Shown here: one piece after another, positions 46,897 to 56,070 of the stretch
Layout of the letters: the number at the start of each line of letters is the position of its first letter
Position numbering within the stretch: position 1 is the stretch's first letter
From: Candidatus Nanopelagicaceae bacterium
Lineage (GTDB): Bacteria > Actinomycetota > Actinomycetes > Nanopelagicales > Nanopelagicaceae
Assembly: GCA_018882745.1 (NCBI GenBank)
Contig: VFFD01000001.1
Coordinates: 5,060-69,059, forward strand
DNA: 64,000 nucleotides
Direction of reading: 5' to 3'
Notes under the pieces: generated by a model
Told to the model about the DNA's origin: nothing
What the model saw: the letters and a program-made list of their open reading frames with translations, nothing else
Databases searched by the model: none
Program-made: the position numbers and the translations under genes

Positions 46897-48138
46897 ATGC
46901 GCACAGAACAATTAACTCGGATATTTCTGGCCAAGCTGGCTGGTACTCCAGTATTTGATCCAAACGGCGACCGAGTTGGAAAAATCCGCGATGCAATTGC
47001 ATCATTGAGACATGACACACTAGCTCCCCGAATCTTAGGATTTATCGTTGAAGTTCCTCAACGTCGCAAGATCTTTATTCCTATAACTCGAGTTACATCA
47101 ATCGATGACGGTGGTGTGTACATAACAGGCTCACTCAATATTCGTCGATATCAGCAGCGCCATGGAGAGATTCAATTGCTTGCTGAACTTCTCGATCACT
47201 CCACTCGTTTACATGAGAGCGGCCAGAACGTAATCATTGAAGATATTGGTATGGAGCTCGGAGATAATCGAGATTGGTATGCCAAGTACATACATGTCCT
47301 CAAGAGAGCCCGTGGATTTCGCCGCGGAACGAGCGTCACTGTCAATTGGGGAGAAGTTGAATTAGAGACGCCAGTTCATGGAATCAACTTTGCAAATACT
47401 CAAGAAGATATCAATCAACTACCTGCACAAGATGTGGCAGCGGCACTCCACGAACTTGATGTGAACCGGCAGACAGAGATTGCCCGCACACTTGATGATG
47501 AGAAGTTGGCAGATGTACTCGAAGAAATGGATGATGCAGATCGCGTAGCTCTCGTAACTCAACTTGAAGGTGAACTCGTTGCAGATGTATTGAGCGAAAT
47601 GGCTCCTGATGATGCTGCCGATGTTTTGCGTGAAGTTGGAAGTGAAAAAGCTGAATCCCTTCTACGCCTTATGGAAGATGACGAGGCGCAAGATGTGAGA
47701 CGGCTTATGGAATATGAAGACTTCTCGGCAGGCGGAATGATGACAACCGATCCCGTCATTCTCGCCACAGATTCAACAGTTGCAGAAGCCCTGGCTGCGG
47801 TACGGCAGAAAGATCTCGCACCTGCATCCGCTGCTCAAGTGTTTGTCTGTCGTGCTCCTTTTGAAACACCTACTGGGCGACTTGTAGGGGTTGTCCATGT
47901 TCAGCGTCTACTTCGAGAACCACCCGCCCTACATCTTGGACTTGTTGCCGATCAGGAGACGAACGCAATCTCACCGGATACTCCGCTCAACGATGTGGTG
48001 AGGCATCTTGCAAATTACAACTTGATTGCTGCTCCTGTAGTTGACGAAAATGAAAGACTTTTAGGCGCAGTCACCGTTGATGACGTTCTTGACCACTTAT
48101 TGCCAGCAAACTGGCGCAGCACAGATAGGGAGGCATAG
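46897..48138 (+). CDS. soluble MgtE-N / CBS-pair protein with PRC-barrel-like N-terminus (no transporter domain)
   Basis: Acidic MgtE_N-type repeats (DVAAALHELD, LADVLEEMDDAD, VADVLSEMAPDDAADVL) followed by a CBS pair. Start set at ATG 46897, 6 nt after GGAGG. Confidence 0.7.
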   Translation: MRTEQLTRIFLAKLAGTPVFDPNGDRVGKIRDAIASLRHDTLAPRILGFIVEVPQRRKIFIPITRVTSIDDGGVYITGSLNIRRYQQRHGEIQLLAELLDHSTRLHESGQNVIIEDIGMELGDNRDWYAKYIHVLKRARGFRRGTSVTVNWGEVELETPVHGINFANTQEDINQLPAQDVAAALHELDVNRQTEIARTLDDEKLADVLEEMDDADRVALVTQLEGELVADVLSEMAPDDAADVLREVGSEKAESLLRLMEDDEAQDVRRLMEYEDFSAGGMMTTDPVILATDSTVAEALAAVRQKDLAPASAAQVFVCRAPFETPTGRLVGVVHVQRLLREPPALHLGLVADQETNAISPDTPLNDVVRHLANYNLIAAPVVDENERLLGAVTVDDVLDHLLPANWRSTDREA

Positions 48139-48140
48139 AG

Positions 48141-48602
48141 ATGGCACGCGTTTCCAGATTGGAAATCCCTCGCGAGTCTCGGCGGGCAATTCGACCAAGT
48201 TACGATCCGGAAACTTTTGGTCGCATCTCTGAACGATTTGCTCGTTTTATCGGTACCGCAAAATTCCTCGTATACATGACAATCTTTGTTACCGGTTGGG
48301 TTTTATGGAATGTATTGGGGCCAACAGAGCTGCGATGGGATGAATACCCCTTTATTTTCTTAACACTTTTGCTCTCGCTGCAAGCTTCTTATGCAGCTCC
48401 GCTCATCCTGTTAGCGCAAAATAGACAAGCCGATCGCGACCGAGTTACCTCTCAAGAAGATCGAGCTCGCGACGAGAGAAATCTCGCTGTTACTGAATTT
48501 ATGGTTCGAGAAATTGCTGCCATGCGTAAGGAATTGGTGCATGAAATCAGAGAAATGCTTGACGAGAGATTAGGTACTAACTCCGAGCCTGACGCCAAGT
48601 AA
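48141..48602 (+). CDS. DUF1003 membrane protein
   Basis: 153 aa. Two TM helices and the LSLQASYAAPLILLAQNRQADRDR motif. Confidence 0.65.
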   Translation: MARVSRLEIPRESRRAIRPSYDPETFGRISERFARFIGTAKFLVYMTIFVTGWVLWNVLGPTELRWDEYPFIFLTLLLSLQASYAAPLILLAQNRQADRDRVTSQEDRARDERNLAVTEFMVREIAAMRKELVHEIREMLDERLGTNSEPDAK

Positions 48603-49697
48603 CGACTTCTTACGGGGCGCCAATTGATCAACCACGCTAAAGAAGGACTGTGCCGCTGGAGATTCTGGCTTTGCCCAGACAATTGGCGCGCCATTATCTC
48701 CACCTTCACGTAGATCTACATCAAAAGGAACGCTCGCAACAAGCGGCACTTCAGCGCCCACCAAAGTACTGAGTCTTCGCGAAGTTTCTGCGCCTCCACC
48801 TTCGCCAAAGAGCGCAATTGTGGCTCCTGTTTGGGCATCTACATAAGCTGACATATTTTCAATAACGCCAATGATGTGTTGTTTAAGTTGGTGAGCAATT
48901 CTTCCTGCGCGTTCTGCAACTTCCGCAGCTGCGACTTGTGGCGTTGTTACGACAATAATCTCTGAGGCAGGAATTAATTGTCCGAGTGAAATGGCGATAT
49001 CGCCTGTACCGGGAGGTAAATCCAGTAGTAGAAAATCTAGATCTCCCCAATATGCATCACTGAGGAGCTGTTCCAATACACGGTGAAGCAATGGCCCGCG
49101 ATAGGCAACAGGGTCTGCGCGATCAGGTTTGAACATTTCAATAGAAACTACCTTTATTCCGCGCACTTCTACTGGGATAAATGTTTGATCAATAGCGGTA
49201 GGGCGTACTCCTTCAATGCCAAAAAGTCTAGGAATTGAGTGTCCGTAAACATCAGCATCTAAAACTCCGACTTTAAACCCTCGCGAACTTAGCGCAGCTG
49301 CCAGATTTACTGTGACAGATGACTTACCAACTCCACCTTTGCCGGAAGAAATTCCCCATACCCGAGTGAGGGAATCTGGTTGAGCAAATGGAATGAATTT
49401 CTCGCGTCCACCTCGTAGCAATTTCTTGACGTTATCGCGTTGCGTCTCATTCATGACCCCAAATTCCAGTTCAACGCTAGAGACTCCCGGGACCTGGCTC
49501 ACTGCAGAAAGAACATCGTTGTGTAGACGCTCTCGCATGGGACAACCTGAAATCGTAAGAAGGATTTTTATCTGAGCGATTCCGTTATTGAAGGCTACCG
49601 ATTCCACCATTCCTAAATCAGGCAGCGGCCGGTGTAACTCAGGATCCGATACTGTGGCAAGCGCTTGATGAATAGCTTGGGTTATCTCCGAACTCAT
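48570..49697 (-). CDS. mrp: Mrp/ApbC Fe-S cluster carrier ATPase
   Basis: 375 aa. N-terminal DUF59-like part, canonical deviant Walker A SSGKGGVGKSS, and a CPxC-equivalent region. Confidence 0.85.
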   Translation of the reverse strand: MSSEITQAIHQALATVSDPELHRPLPDLGMVESVAFNNGIAQIKILLTISGCPMRERLHNDVLSAVSQVPGVSSVELEFGVMNETQRDNVKKLLRGGREKFIPFAQPDSLTRVWGISSGKGGVGKSSVTVNLAAALSSRGFKVGVLDADVYGHSIPRLFGIEGVRPTAIDQTFIPVEVRGIKVVSIEMFKPDRADPVAYRGPLLHRVLEQLLSDAYWGDLDFLLLDLPPGTGDIAISLGQLIPASEIIVVTTPQVAAAEVAERAGRIAHQLKQHIIGVIENMSAYVDAQTGATIALFGEGGGAETSRRLSTLVGAEVPLVASVPFDVDLREGGDNGAPIVWAKPESPAAQSFFSVVDQLAPRKKSLLGVRLGVST

Positions 49698-50020
49698 AAG
49701 AGATCAGGATCAATCTTTGCGACATCCTTAATTTCTTTGCTTTGGCGCTTCACTTCTTGCGCTACTGGTTTCACATCATCCATGGCATTACCAAGAACCT
49801 TTTTAGCTAGATTCTTTGGTGTTAGATCAGATACATCCAAGTCTTCAAAACCTGGGCCGAGATTCTGTTTAAGTTCACGTGAGGCATACGAAGTGAAATT
49901 TCGAACTTTATGAAGAAAGCGCGCGAAATCTTTAGCTGCATTCGGCAATTTATCCGGACCCACGAGGAAGAGTCCAAGGACTACAAGTCCAAGAAATTCC
50001 CCCATACCAACTCCGAACAT
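49694..50020 (-). CDS. tatB: twin-arginine translocase TatA/TatB family protein, probably TatB
   Basis: 108 aa. MFGVGMGEFLGLVVLGLFLVGPDKLP N-terminus. ATGA overlap with mrp. Confidence 0.6.
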   Translation of the reverse strand: MFGVGMGEFLGLVVLGLFLVGPDKLPNAAKDFARFLHKVRNFTSYASRELKQNLGPGFEDLDVSDLTPKNLAKKVLGNAMDDVKPVAQEVKRQSKEIKDVAKIDPDLL

Positions 50021-50054
50021 GCACCCATCCTAATGAATTGATCCAACCTGTACG

Positions 50055-50741
50055 TCAAACCTTAGTTGCCACCATCACGCCATCTCCCACAGGCAAAAGC
50101 ATGGGAAGCCACTGCTCATGAGCATCTTTTATTACTTTAATGACTTCACGGTATCCGATGCTCTCAGGGTCGCGTTGGGTGGGATCAGCAACTCTTCCAG
50201 ATAGCAGCGCACGATCAATGACTAAAATTCCACCCGGGCGTAACGAGCGGTGAGCATTGTCAACGCTCTCGAGTAAATCCGTATTTCGTCGCAGGATGAA
50301 GATGTCATAAAGGCTATCTGCTAACTTTCCAACTATCTCACGACTATTTCCAGTAATAAGTCGATAACGCGATGAGTGTATTCCTGCTTCCTCAAATGCT
50401 TGTTTTGCCAGTTTTGCATTCTCCACTTCATCATCAATCGATGTCAGCAAGCCCTTCTGTGTCATGGCTTGAAATATCCATAAGCCACTAACACCTGCAC
50501 CAGTACCGACTTCAACAATAGACGTTGCGCCTACAAGATGAGTTAAGTAGCGAAGTAAAGACCCAACTGCAGGGGTTGTGTCATAGGTGCCTATTTCTAT
50601 GCCACGTTGGCGTGCACGTTGAGCAATCTCTGATTCGGGAAGAAATGAATTGGCATAAGCCCGCATATCGCCACGATCAGCAAAAGCGCGTTCAGCTCCG
50701 CTCCTGTCACTCTTTCCCGAGATCACAGAGTTGAGAGCCAT
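50055..50741 (-). CDS. class I SAM-dependent O-methyltransferase (Rv1220c-like)
   Basis: 228 aa with EVGTGAGVSGLW SAM motif. An alternative GTG start at 50726 would form a GTGA overlap with the pepA stop. Confidence 0.7.
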   Translation of the reverse strand: MALNSVISGKSDRSGAERAFADRGDMRAYANSFLPESEIAQRARQRGIEIGTYDTTPAVGSLLRYLTHLVGATSIVEVGTGAGVSGLWIFQAMTQKGLLTSIDDEVENAKLAKQAFEEAGIHSSRYRLITGNSREIVGKLADSLYDIFILRRNTDLLESVDNAHRSLRPGGILVIDRALLSGRVADPTQRDPESIGYREVIKVIKDAHEQWLPMLLPVGDGVMVATKV

Positions 50742-52252
50742 TCAGTTAACAAGCGAACGCCGTATCCAGTGCCGCCTTTAACATTTTCTCCAGCGTCAAT
50801 TTCCGACCGAGCTGGACCAGCAATATCGAGATGTGCCCATTTTCTCGTTCCTGCAAATTTCTCGAGGAATAGGGCAGCTGTGACTGAGCCTCCCTGAAAC
50901 TTATATTTATCTGCAGTGTGATTGAAGTCAGCAACATCACTTGCTAAAGCAATCTGATAATCATCAATAAGAGGCATCTGCCAGATTCGATCACCAGTGA
51001 AATCGCTCAATGCTGTGAGTTGTGATGCTAGTTTTTTATCACGGGTATACATCGCTCCGTAAAAGCGGCTTAATCCAAGAGTTGCTGCGCCCGTCAAGGT
51101 TGCGACATCAATCAAGTAATCTGGGTCTAAATTCTTATCTGCATAAGCTAAACCATCGGCCAGAACTAATCGTCCCTCTGCATCCGTATTTATGACCTCA
51201 ACAGTCGTGCCACCGTAATGTGTGATGACATCGGAAGGTCGCTGCGAACTGCCGGAGAGTGCATTCTCAGCCAACATCAGCAGCGCCGTAACTCGCACCT
51301 TAAGGCCGAGTTGAGCTGCTGCAATCGTGGTCATCAAAACTGCAGCTGCCCCCGACATATCACTCTTCATTGCAGTCATCGTGTCGTAAGGTCGTTTCAG
51401 TGAGACTCCACCAGTATCAAAAGTGATTCCTTTACCAACCAAGACGACGTGAGGAATTCGCTTGGCTCCACGTGGTTTATAGGAGACTTCCACAAAACGA
51501 GGCGGGTTTTTCTTGCTTGAATTACCAACCGCGCGCAAGCCACCAAATTCGGAGAGTTCTTTACCTGCGCGAACTTTGACTGTAACAGAGGACTGCGTCT
51601 TTGATGACTTTGCAAAATTCTTAGCTTGTGACGCCATCCACTCTGGTGACTTGATGTTTGAGGGCGTGTGGATCAAATCGCGCGTCTTCCACGTCGCTTC
51701 AAGCAAAATCTCAGATTTTTCAACTGCGCTCTCGAAATCTCCTAGTACAGAAATCGAAGGTGTCTCGGGTATCGCACCAGATTTTTGGCTCCATGAATAA
51801 GTCGCTAATCCGGCGGCGAGAAGATGAACTTGAGTTTCACGGCCATTATTCGGCACAAAAGAGAGCAAGGACGATTTGCTGGCGCGAATTTTTCGACCAA
51901 GAGAAGCACCGGCTTTCCTAATATCAACATCTGATCTACTTCCTACGCCGACCAGGAGAATACGAATCGGATTCAACTTCCCATCCGAAAGAGTTGCGGG
52001 TATGTCGATGATTTCTCCAGCTTTACCTGTAACACCTAAACCATGTTTAGTAATTTCTGCTGCGAAATTTACTTTGAAAATTTCTTCTAGGGACTTTAAC
52101 TTCTTTGCCGTTAAATCAATGACTATTTCAGGCTTGTCGTTTACAGCCTTGCTAATAATTGGGAATGCAAAATGCGAATAATTCTTAAGGAACTTCTCCG
52201 AGAGTTCTCTCGGACCATTAACCGATCCGAGTTTCGGAATCGGACGGTTCAC
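50723..52252 (-). CDS. pepA: leucyl aminopeptidase (M17)
   Basis: 509 aa. VGKGITFDTGG and NTDAEGRLVLAD motifs. Confidence 0.9.
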   Translation of the reverse strand: MNRPIPKLGSVNGPRELSEKFLKNYSHFAFPIISKAVNDKPEIVIDLTAKKLKSLEEIFKVNFAAEITKHGLGVTGKAGEIIDIPATLSDGKLNPIRILLVGVGSRSDVDIRKAGASLGRKIRASKSSLLSFVPNNGRETQVHLLAAGLATYSWSQKSGAIPETPSISVLGDFESAVEKSEILLEATWKTRDLIHTPSNIKSPEWMASQAKNFAKSSKTQSSVTVKVRAGKELSEFGGLRAVGNSSKKNPPRFVEVSYKPRGAKRIPHVVLVGKGITFDTGGVSLKRPYDTMTAMKSDMSGAAAVLMTTIAAAQLGLKVRVTALLMLAENALSGSSQRPSDVITHYGGTTVEVINTDAEGRLVLADGLAYADKNLDPDYLIDVATLTGAATLGLSRFYGAMYTRDKKLASQLTALSDFTGDRIWQMPLIDDYQIALASDVADFNHTADKYKFQGGSVTAALFLEKFAGTRKWAHLDIAGPARSEIDAGENVKGGTGYGVRLLTEWLSTL

Positions 52253-52428
52253 TTCTTTAACAGAGAAATTGACGCATTGAGAACGTCAGCCAGATTTCGC
52301 GCTTCTTCTTGATTGAGTTCGACAACAAGACGTCCGCCGCCTTCAAGGGGAATTCGCATGACAAGGCTGCGGGCTTCTTTCGTAACTTCCATAGGTCCAT
52401 CGCCAGTGCGGGGTTTCATGGCTGCCAT
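52249..52428 (-). CDS. DUF3117 domain protein (59 aa, below the ORF-track cutoff)
   Basis: My translation is MAAMKPRTGDGPMEVTKEARSLVMRIPLEGGGRLVVELNQEEARNLADVLNASISLLKK. It matches the highly conserved actinobacterial DUF3117 pattern. Its TGA overlaps the pepA GTG (GTGA). Confidence 0.7.
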   Translation of the reverse strand: MAAMKPRTGDGPMEVTKEARSLVMRIPLEGGGRLVVELNQEEARNLADVLNASISLLKK

Positions 52429-52475
52429 ATGCGCCCTCTTTCGTCATCGCGTTAGGAAAGTTTGAATTTCCAGAT

Positions 52476-52491
52476 CCCAGCTCTGGCTGGG
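52476..52491 (-). terminator. weak hairpin CCCAGC-tctg-GCTGGG downstream of the sigma-r4 mini-gene
   Basis: 6-bp GC-rich stem 20 nt after the stop at 52511. It is followed on the minus strand by an A/U-rich stretch but no clean U-tract. Confidence 0.25.
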
Positions 52492-52510
52492 AAGGCGAAT
52501 TATCTCGTAT

Positions 52511-52717
52511 CTAGCTACCTGAGGGGAAATTGAAAAGTGCGCTCATGCGGGAACGCCCTGCTGCCAGAACAGCGCCAACGGCCCTTTCCGGGACCCCAAT
52601 CTTGCTTGCGATTTCTTCGATTGTGTAGCTCTTAACAAAAAATAGGGTCAAAACAACCCGCTCCTCTTCTGGAAGAGAGTTTATAAACTCAGTGAGAGTC
52701 AGGTCATCGCGTGCCAC
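52511..52717 (-). CDS. stand-alone sigma-70 region 4 (ECF r4.2-like HTH) protein, 68 aa
   Basis: LPEEERVVLTLFFVKSYTIEEIASKIGVPERAVGAVLAAGRSRM fits the sigma70_r4_2 pattern. GTG is the only canonical start in the frame. There is no obvious SD and no region 2 upstream. Confidence 0.5.
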   Translation of the reverse strand: MARDDLTLTEFINSLPEEERVVLTLFFVKSYTIEEIASKIGVPERAVGAVLAAGRSRMSALFNFPSGS

Positions 52718-52745
52718 GAAGTAAAGGTTACTCGGGGAACTCCCG

Positions 52746-53180
52746 TCAGCGGCGCACGGAGCGTGCGAATCTACTGAGAGAAAATTTTACCGCGAGGATT
52801 ATGCCTGGCTTAATCAATGCAAGTAACCATTGTGGTGCATCAATTCTTTCGTACCAATCAAAACGAGTATCAGATGGCGAGAGTTCAACAAGGCGGAACT
52901 CACCAATCCCCTTGATAAATCTGCCGTAATGATCGACAGCACAGAAAGTCGGCGGTGACCATTGCACAACTTTCATCTGATCGAGCACTCCGAATTTTCC
53001 AATTCCAGTGAAGGCCTCAATCACAGTTCCTATGCCTGATTCGCCATCATCATCGGCAGTAGACCAGACTCGCGTGAGCGCCATCCAATCACCTTGTGAT
53101 TTCCAATGGACGAGTTTCTCCCACACCTCGCTTACGGGCGCTGACACATGCACTGAGACTCTAAATTCATTTAATGACAT
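52746..53180 (-). CDS. SRPBCC (START/polyketide cyclase-like) family protein
   Basis: 144 aa. N-terminal pattern VSVHVSAPVSEVWEKLVHW is typical of the family. Confidence 0.6.
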   Translation of the reverse strand: MSLNEFRVSVHVSAPVSEVWEKLVHWKSQGDWMALTRVWSTADDDGESGIGTVIEAFTGIGKFGVLDQMKVVQWSPPTFCAVDHYGRFIKGIGEFRLVELSPSDTRFDWYERIDAPQWLLALIKPGIILAVKFSLSRFARSVRR

Positions 53181-53191
53181 AGAAACTCCTG

Positions 53192-53725
53192 TTATTTCGT
53201 AACATGCTGAAGTGCGTCATCAATATTTGTACACCAGGAGACTAGTTCGTGTTGACCAGGTTTCATAAACTTCTTCTCAGTCAAATCCTCTAGGGCGCTT
53301 TTGAGTGATGCATAAACGTCATGAGGATCAAGAACAGCGATTGGTTTACTGTGAAAACCAAGATAACGACCAACCCAAATCTCAAACAACTCTTCCAAGG
53401 TGCCAATTCCACCAGGTAGAGCGATAAATGAATCTGAAAGCTTCTCAATCAAACCTTTTCGCTCCCGCATATCAGAAACCACATGAAGTTCTGTCGAGGC
53501 ATGATCAATAAACTCAACATTCATCAAGCGTTCTGGAATAACTCCGATAGTTCGCCCACCATGCATGCGCGCCCCTTTTGCAACTTCACCCATCACTGAG
53601 ATTGCGCCGCCTCCCCAAACTAATTCATGGCCTCGTTGCGCAATTGCCGCACCAAGATCAAATCCCAGAGTTAGATTCTCTGAAGAAACGGCGGTTGACG
53701 ATGCGCAGTAAACAGCAATCTTCAT
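53192..53725 (-). CDS. LOG family protein (TIGR00730-type nucleotide phosphoribohydrolase)
   Basis: 177 aa. GGGAISVMGEVA and PGGIGTLEELFE motifs. Confidence 0.8.
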   Translation of the reverse strand: MKIAVYCASSTAVSSENLTLGFDLGAAIAQRGHELVWGGGAISVMGEVAKGARMHGGRTIGVIPERLMNVEFIDHASTELHVVSDMRERKGLIEKLSDSFIALPGGIGTLEELFEIWVGRYLGFHSKPIAVLDPHDVYASLKSALEDLTEKKFMKPGQHELVSWCTNIDDALQHVTK

Positions 53726-53777
53726 GGGCGCACTCTAAAGGGTCAAGAGCGCATCGCCATCACTAAATTGGTAGCGT

Positions 53778-54710
53778 TTGCCTATGAGCGCAGAAGTAAA
53801 GGCTTTTGGTTATGGCATAGCTACTGTCACTGCTGATGGAACAGTGCTTGATACGTTCTTTCATAGCCTCGGTTTGGGAACACTTGCAGATTCACAATCC
53901 ATAGACCTTTCGCGTTTTGAAGGAAACGATCAACTGAGAAGAGTCTCGCGCAAAGCTGTCACTCTTGAAGTTGAACTCTCTCATGCGCCAATCAACGTTT
54001 CTGATGCTTATTTACGACTCCATCTACTATCGCATCGAATAGTAAAGCCACATGGATTATCACTTGAAGGAATTTTTGGATTGTTGAACAACGTTGTGTG
54101 GACTTCACATGGTCCATGTGCAGTAATTGGATTTGCTGAAGTACGAGAGGAATTGCGCTCCAAACATGGCTATGTCGCTGTTTATGGTGTCGATAAATTC
54201 CCACGTATGGTTGATTATGTAATTCCGGAAGGTGTTCGGATTGCCGATGGCGATCGCGTGAGGCTCGGCGCTCATCTGGCATCAGGAACTACAGTCATGC
54301 ATGAAGGTTTTGTAAATTTCAATGCGGGAACTCTCGGAGCTTCTATGGTTGAAGGTCGAATCTCTGCGGGCGTGGTGGTCGATGATGGATCCGACATCGG
54401 CGGTGGTGCATCCATTATGGGCACGCTAAGTGGTGGCGGAAAAGAAGTGATATCTATTGGAAAGAAGACTCTGCTGGGTGCAAATTCAGGTCTAGGAATT
54501 TCGCTTGGAGATAACTGTGTTGTTGAAGCTGGCGTATACATAACAGCGGGATCGAAAGTCACACTTCCTGATGGAACAACGGTTAAGGCTCGAGCGCTCT
54601 CCGGCGCACATGGTCTTCTCTTTAGAAGAAACTCCCAAACTGGAGCCCTAGAAGCTCTTAACAAAACAGGTTCGTGGGGCGGACTCAATAGCGTGCTACA
54701 CGCGAACTAG
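53778..54710 (+). CDS. dapD: 2,3,4,5-tetrahydropyridine-2,6-dicarboxylate N-succinyltransferase (actinobacterial type)
   Basis: 310 aa with hexapeptide-repeat C-terminal half. N-terminal pattern resembles Rv1201c-type DapD. Start is TTG 53778 or ATG 53784. Confidence 0.8.
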   Translation: MPMSAEVKAFGYGIATVTADGTVLDTFFHSLGLGTLADSQSIDLSRFEGNDQLRRVSRKAVTLEVELSHAPINVSDAYLRLHLLSHRIVKPHGLSLEGIFGLLNNVVWTSHGPCAVIGFAEVREELRSKHGYVAVYGVDKFPRMVDYVIPEGVRIADGDRVRLGAHLASGTTVMHEGFVNFNAGTLGASMVEGRISAGVVVDDGSDIGGGASIMGTLSGGGKEVISIGKKTLLGANSGLGISLGDNCVVEAGVYITAGSKVTLPDGTTVKARALSGAHGLLFRRNSQTGALEALNKTGSWGGLNSVLHAN

Positions 54711-54712
54711 TC

Positions 54713-56041
54713 CTATTCGTAACAGAACAACCTCACCGGACTCTTTGTCCTGCCGCAATCAAATTTCTCAACAACTAATTCGATAATTAAGGGCTCTTTT
54801 ATCCATGTCGATGGCAATTTCACCCGTGATCTAAAAATCTCCCCCGTGAGTGATGCAACTTTTCCTTCTGTAGAAAAAGCGGTGATGGACATGATGCTTC
54901 CCGTCTTAGATCGAGAATCTATGCGAAAAGTAAAGACATCCTTCAAGCCAAATGCAGCTGCCATATCCTTCTGCGTGACGACTCGCTCCCAATATGCGAA
55001 TCGAGGGTTAATGTTTATATCAAGACTCCACGGATCTGGGACACCTTGTAGATATGCGATAGAAGATCCCCACACATCCTTTACATTCTGAGTCGCTCCA
55101 CCACTCGAAGATGAATAAAACGCGCTGATTGGTTTTCCATCAAGGGTAATCGTGAGTGCTGTTGCGCTATCAACAAAAGTTCGATTGACCGCTTCTTTCC
55201 ACTTTATTCCATAAGTTCTTTCAATTTCTTTCGAATATCCCACAAAGTTTTGATCGACCGTTGAGTTATAAATATTGCAATCACATTCTGCCCTCAACCG
55301 ATTCATTTTCGTTAGAGCATATGTCCGTGCAGCTATGGCTTGTGCCTCCAAAGCGGCAGCAGGCCATGATGATGGAACTTCTCCAATGCCCCACAAATAC
55401 TCATCATGAAGTCGCAATGTGGTTGTGACCGCTAGATAACTACTTACCGAATTTGTTACGCTTTTAATGACAATCTGACCGTACTTCAGTTGTGTCACGG
55501 CGCTTTGATTCGTGACTTGCATAGTTGTTGTTGCAGTGTCCCAACGCAGAGTCCATGAACCATGTGGAGTTATGGGAGCAAATTTCGTTGTGGGCGATGA
55601 CAGCGTTGGAACGACGCTTCCTGCAAAATTAGTAAAGAGCGCAGTCGTATCGCCTTTATATACTCCGAAAGGCTCAGGGCTCTCAGTAATGGGAATATCT
55701 CCCCGGAAAAGTCTTATCTCGCCAACATTTCCAACTGCTTTAATAGAAATTGAAGGGATGAGATTTGCGATATTGACGCGGATTAATTCATTATCAGGAT
55801 ATGGCGTGACTGACGTTCCCGGATAGTAGTAATTGAGAATCCCTATCGCTGTCTTGCCTTCTAAAGCTTGACCGCGCGCACCAATTTGGCTCATTCCAAC
55901 GCCATGCCCATACCCCGAGCCAAAGAATCGGAAATTTGCTGGCGCAGTCGGAGTAGTGGTCTCAGCTGAAACTGGGGTAATTAGTCCAGTAACAAGGCTC
56001 ATTACTCCGCAGACTGCCAGGAGAAGACCTGATTTCCTCAT
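54713..56041 (-). CDS. SpoIID/LytB domain protein
   Basis: 442 aa with a signal peptide. Motifs GYGHGVGMSQIGA, ALEAQAIAARTYAL and YSSSSGGATQN. Confidence 0.75.
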   Translation of the reverse strand: MRKSGLLLAVCGVMSLVTGLITPVSAETTTPTAPANFRFFGSGYGHGVGMSQIGARGQALEGKTAIGILNYYYPGTSVTPYPDNELIRVNIANLIPSISIKAVGNVGEIRLFRGDIPITESPEPFGVYKGDTTALFTNFAGSVVPTLSSPTTKFAPITPHGSWTLRWDTATTTMQVTNQSAVTQLKYGQIVIKSVTNSVSSYLAVTTTLRLHDEYLWGIGEVPSSWPAAALEAQAIAARTYALTKMNRLRAECDCNIYNSTVDQNFVGYSKEIERTYGIKWKEAVNRTFVDSATALTITLDGKPISAFYSSSSGGATQNVKDVWGSSIAYLQGVPDPWSLDININPRFAYWERVVTQKDMAAAFGLKDVFTFRIDSRSKTGSIMSITAFSTEGKVASLTGEIFRSRVKLPSTWIKEPLIIELVVEKFDCGRTKSPVRLFCYE

Positions 56042-56070
56042 ATTTCTTAGGGTACCTCAGCGGAAGTGAT

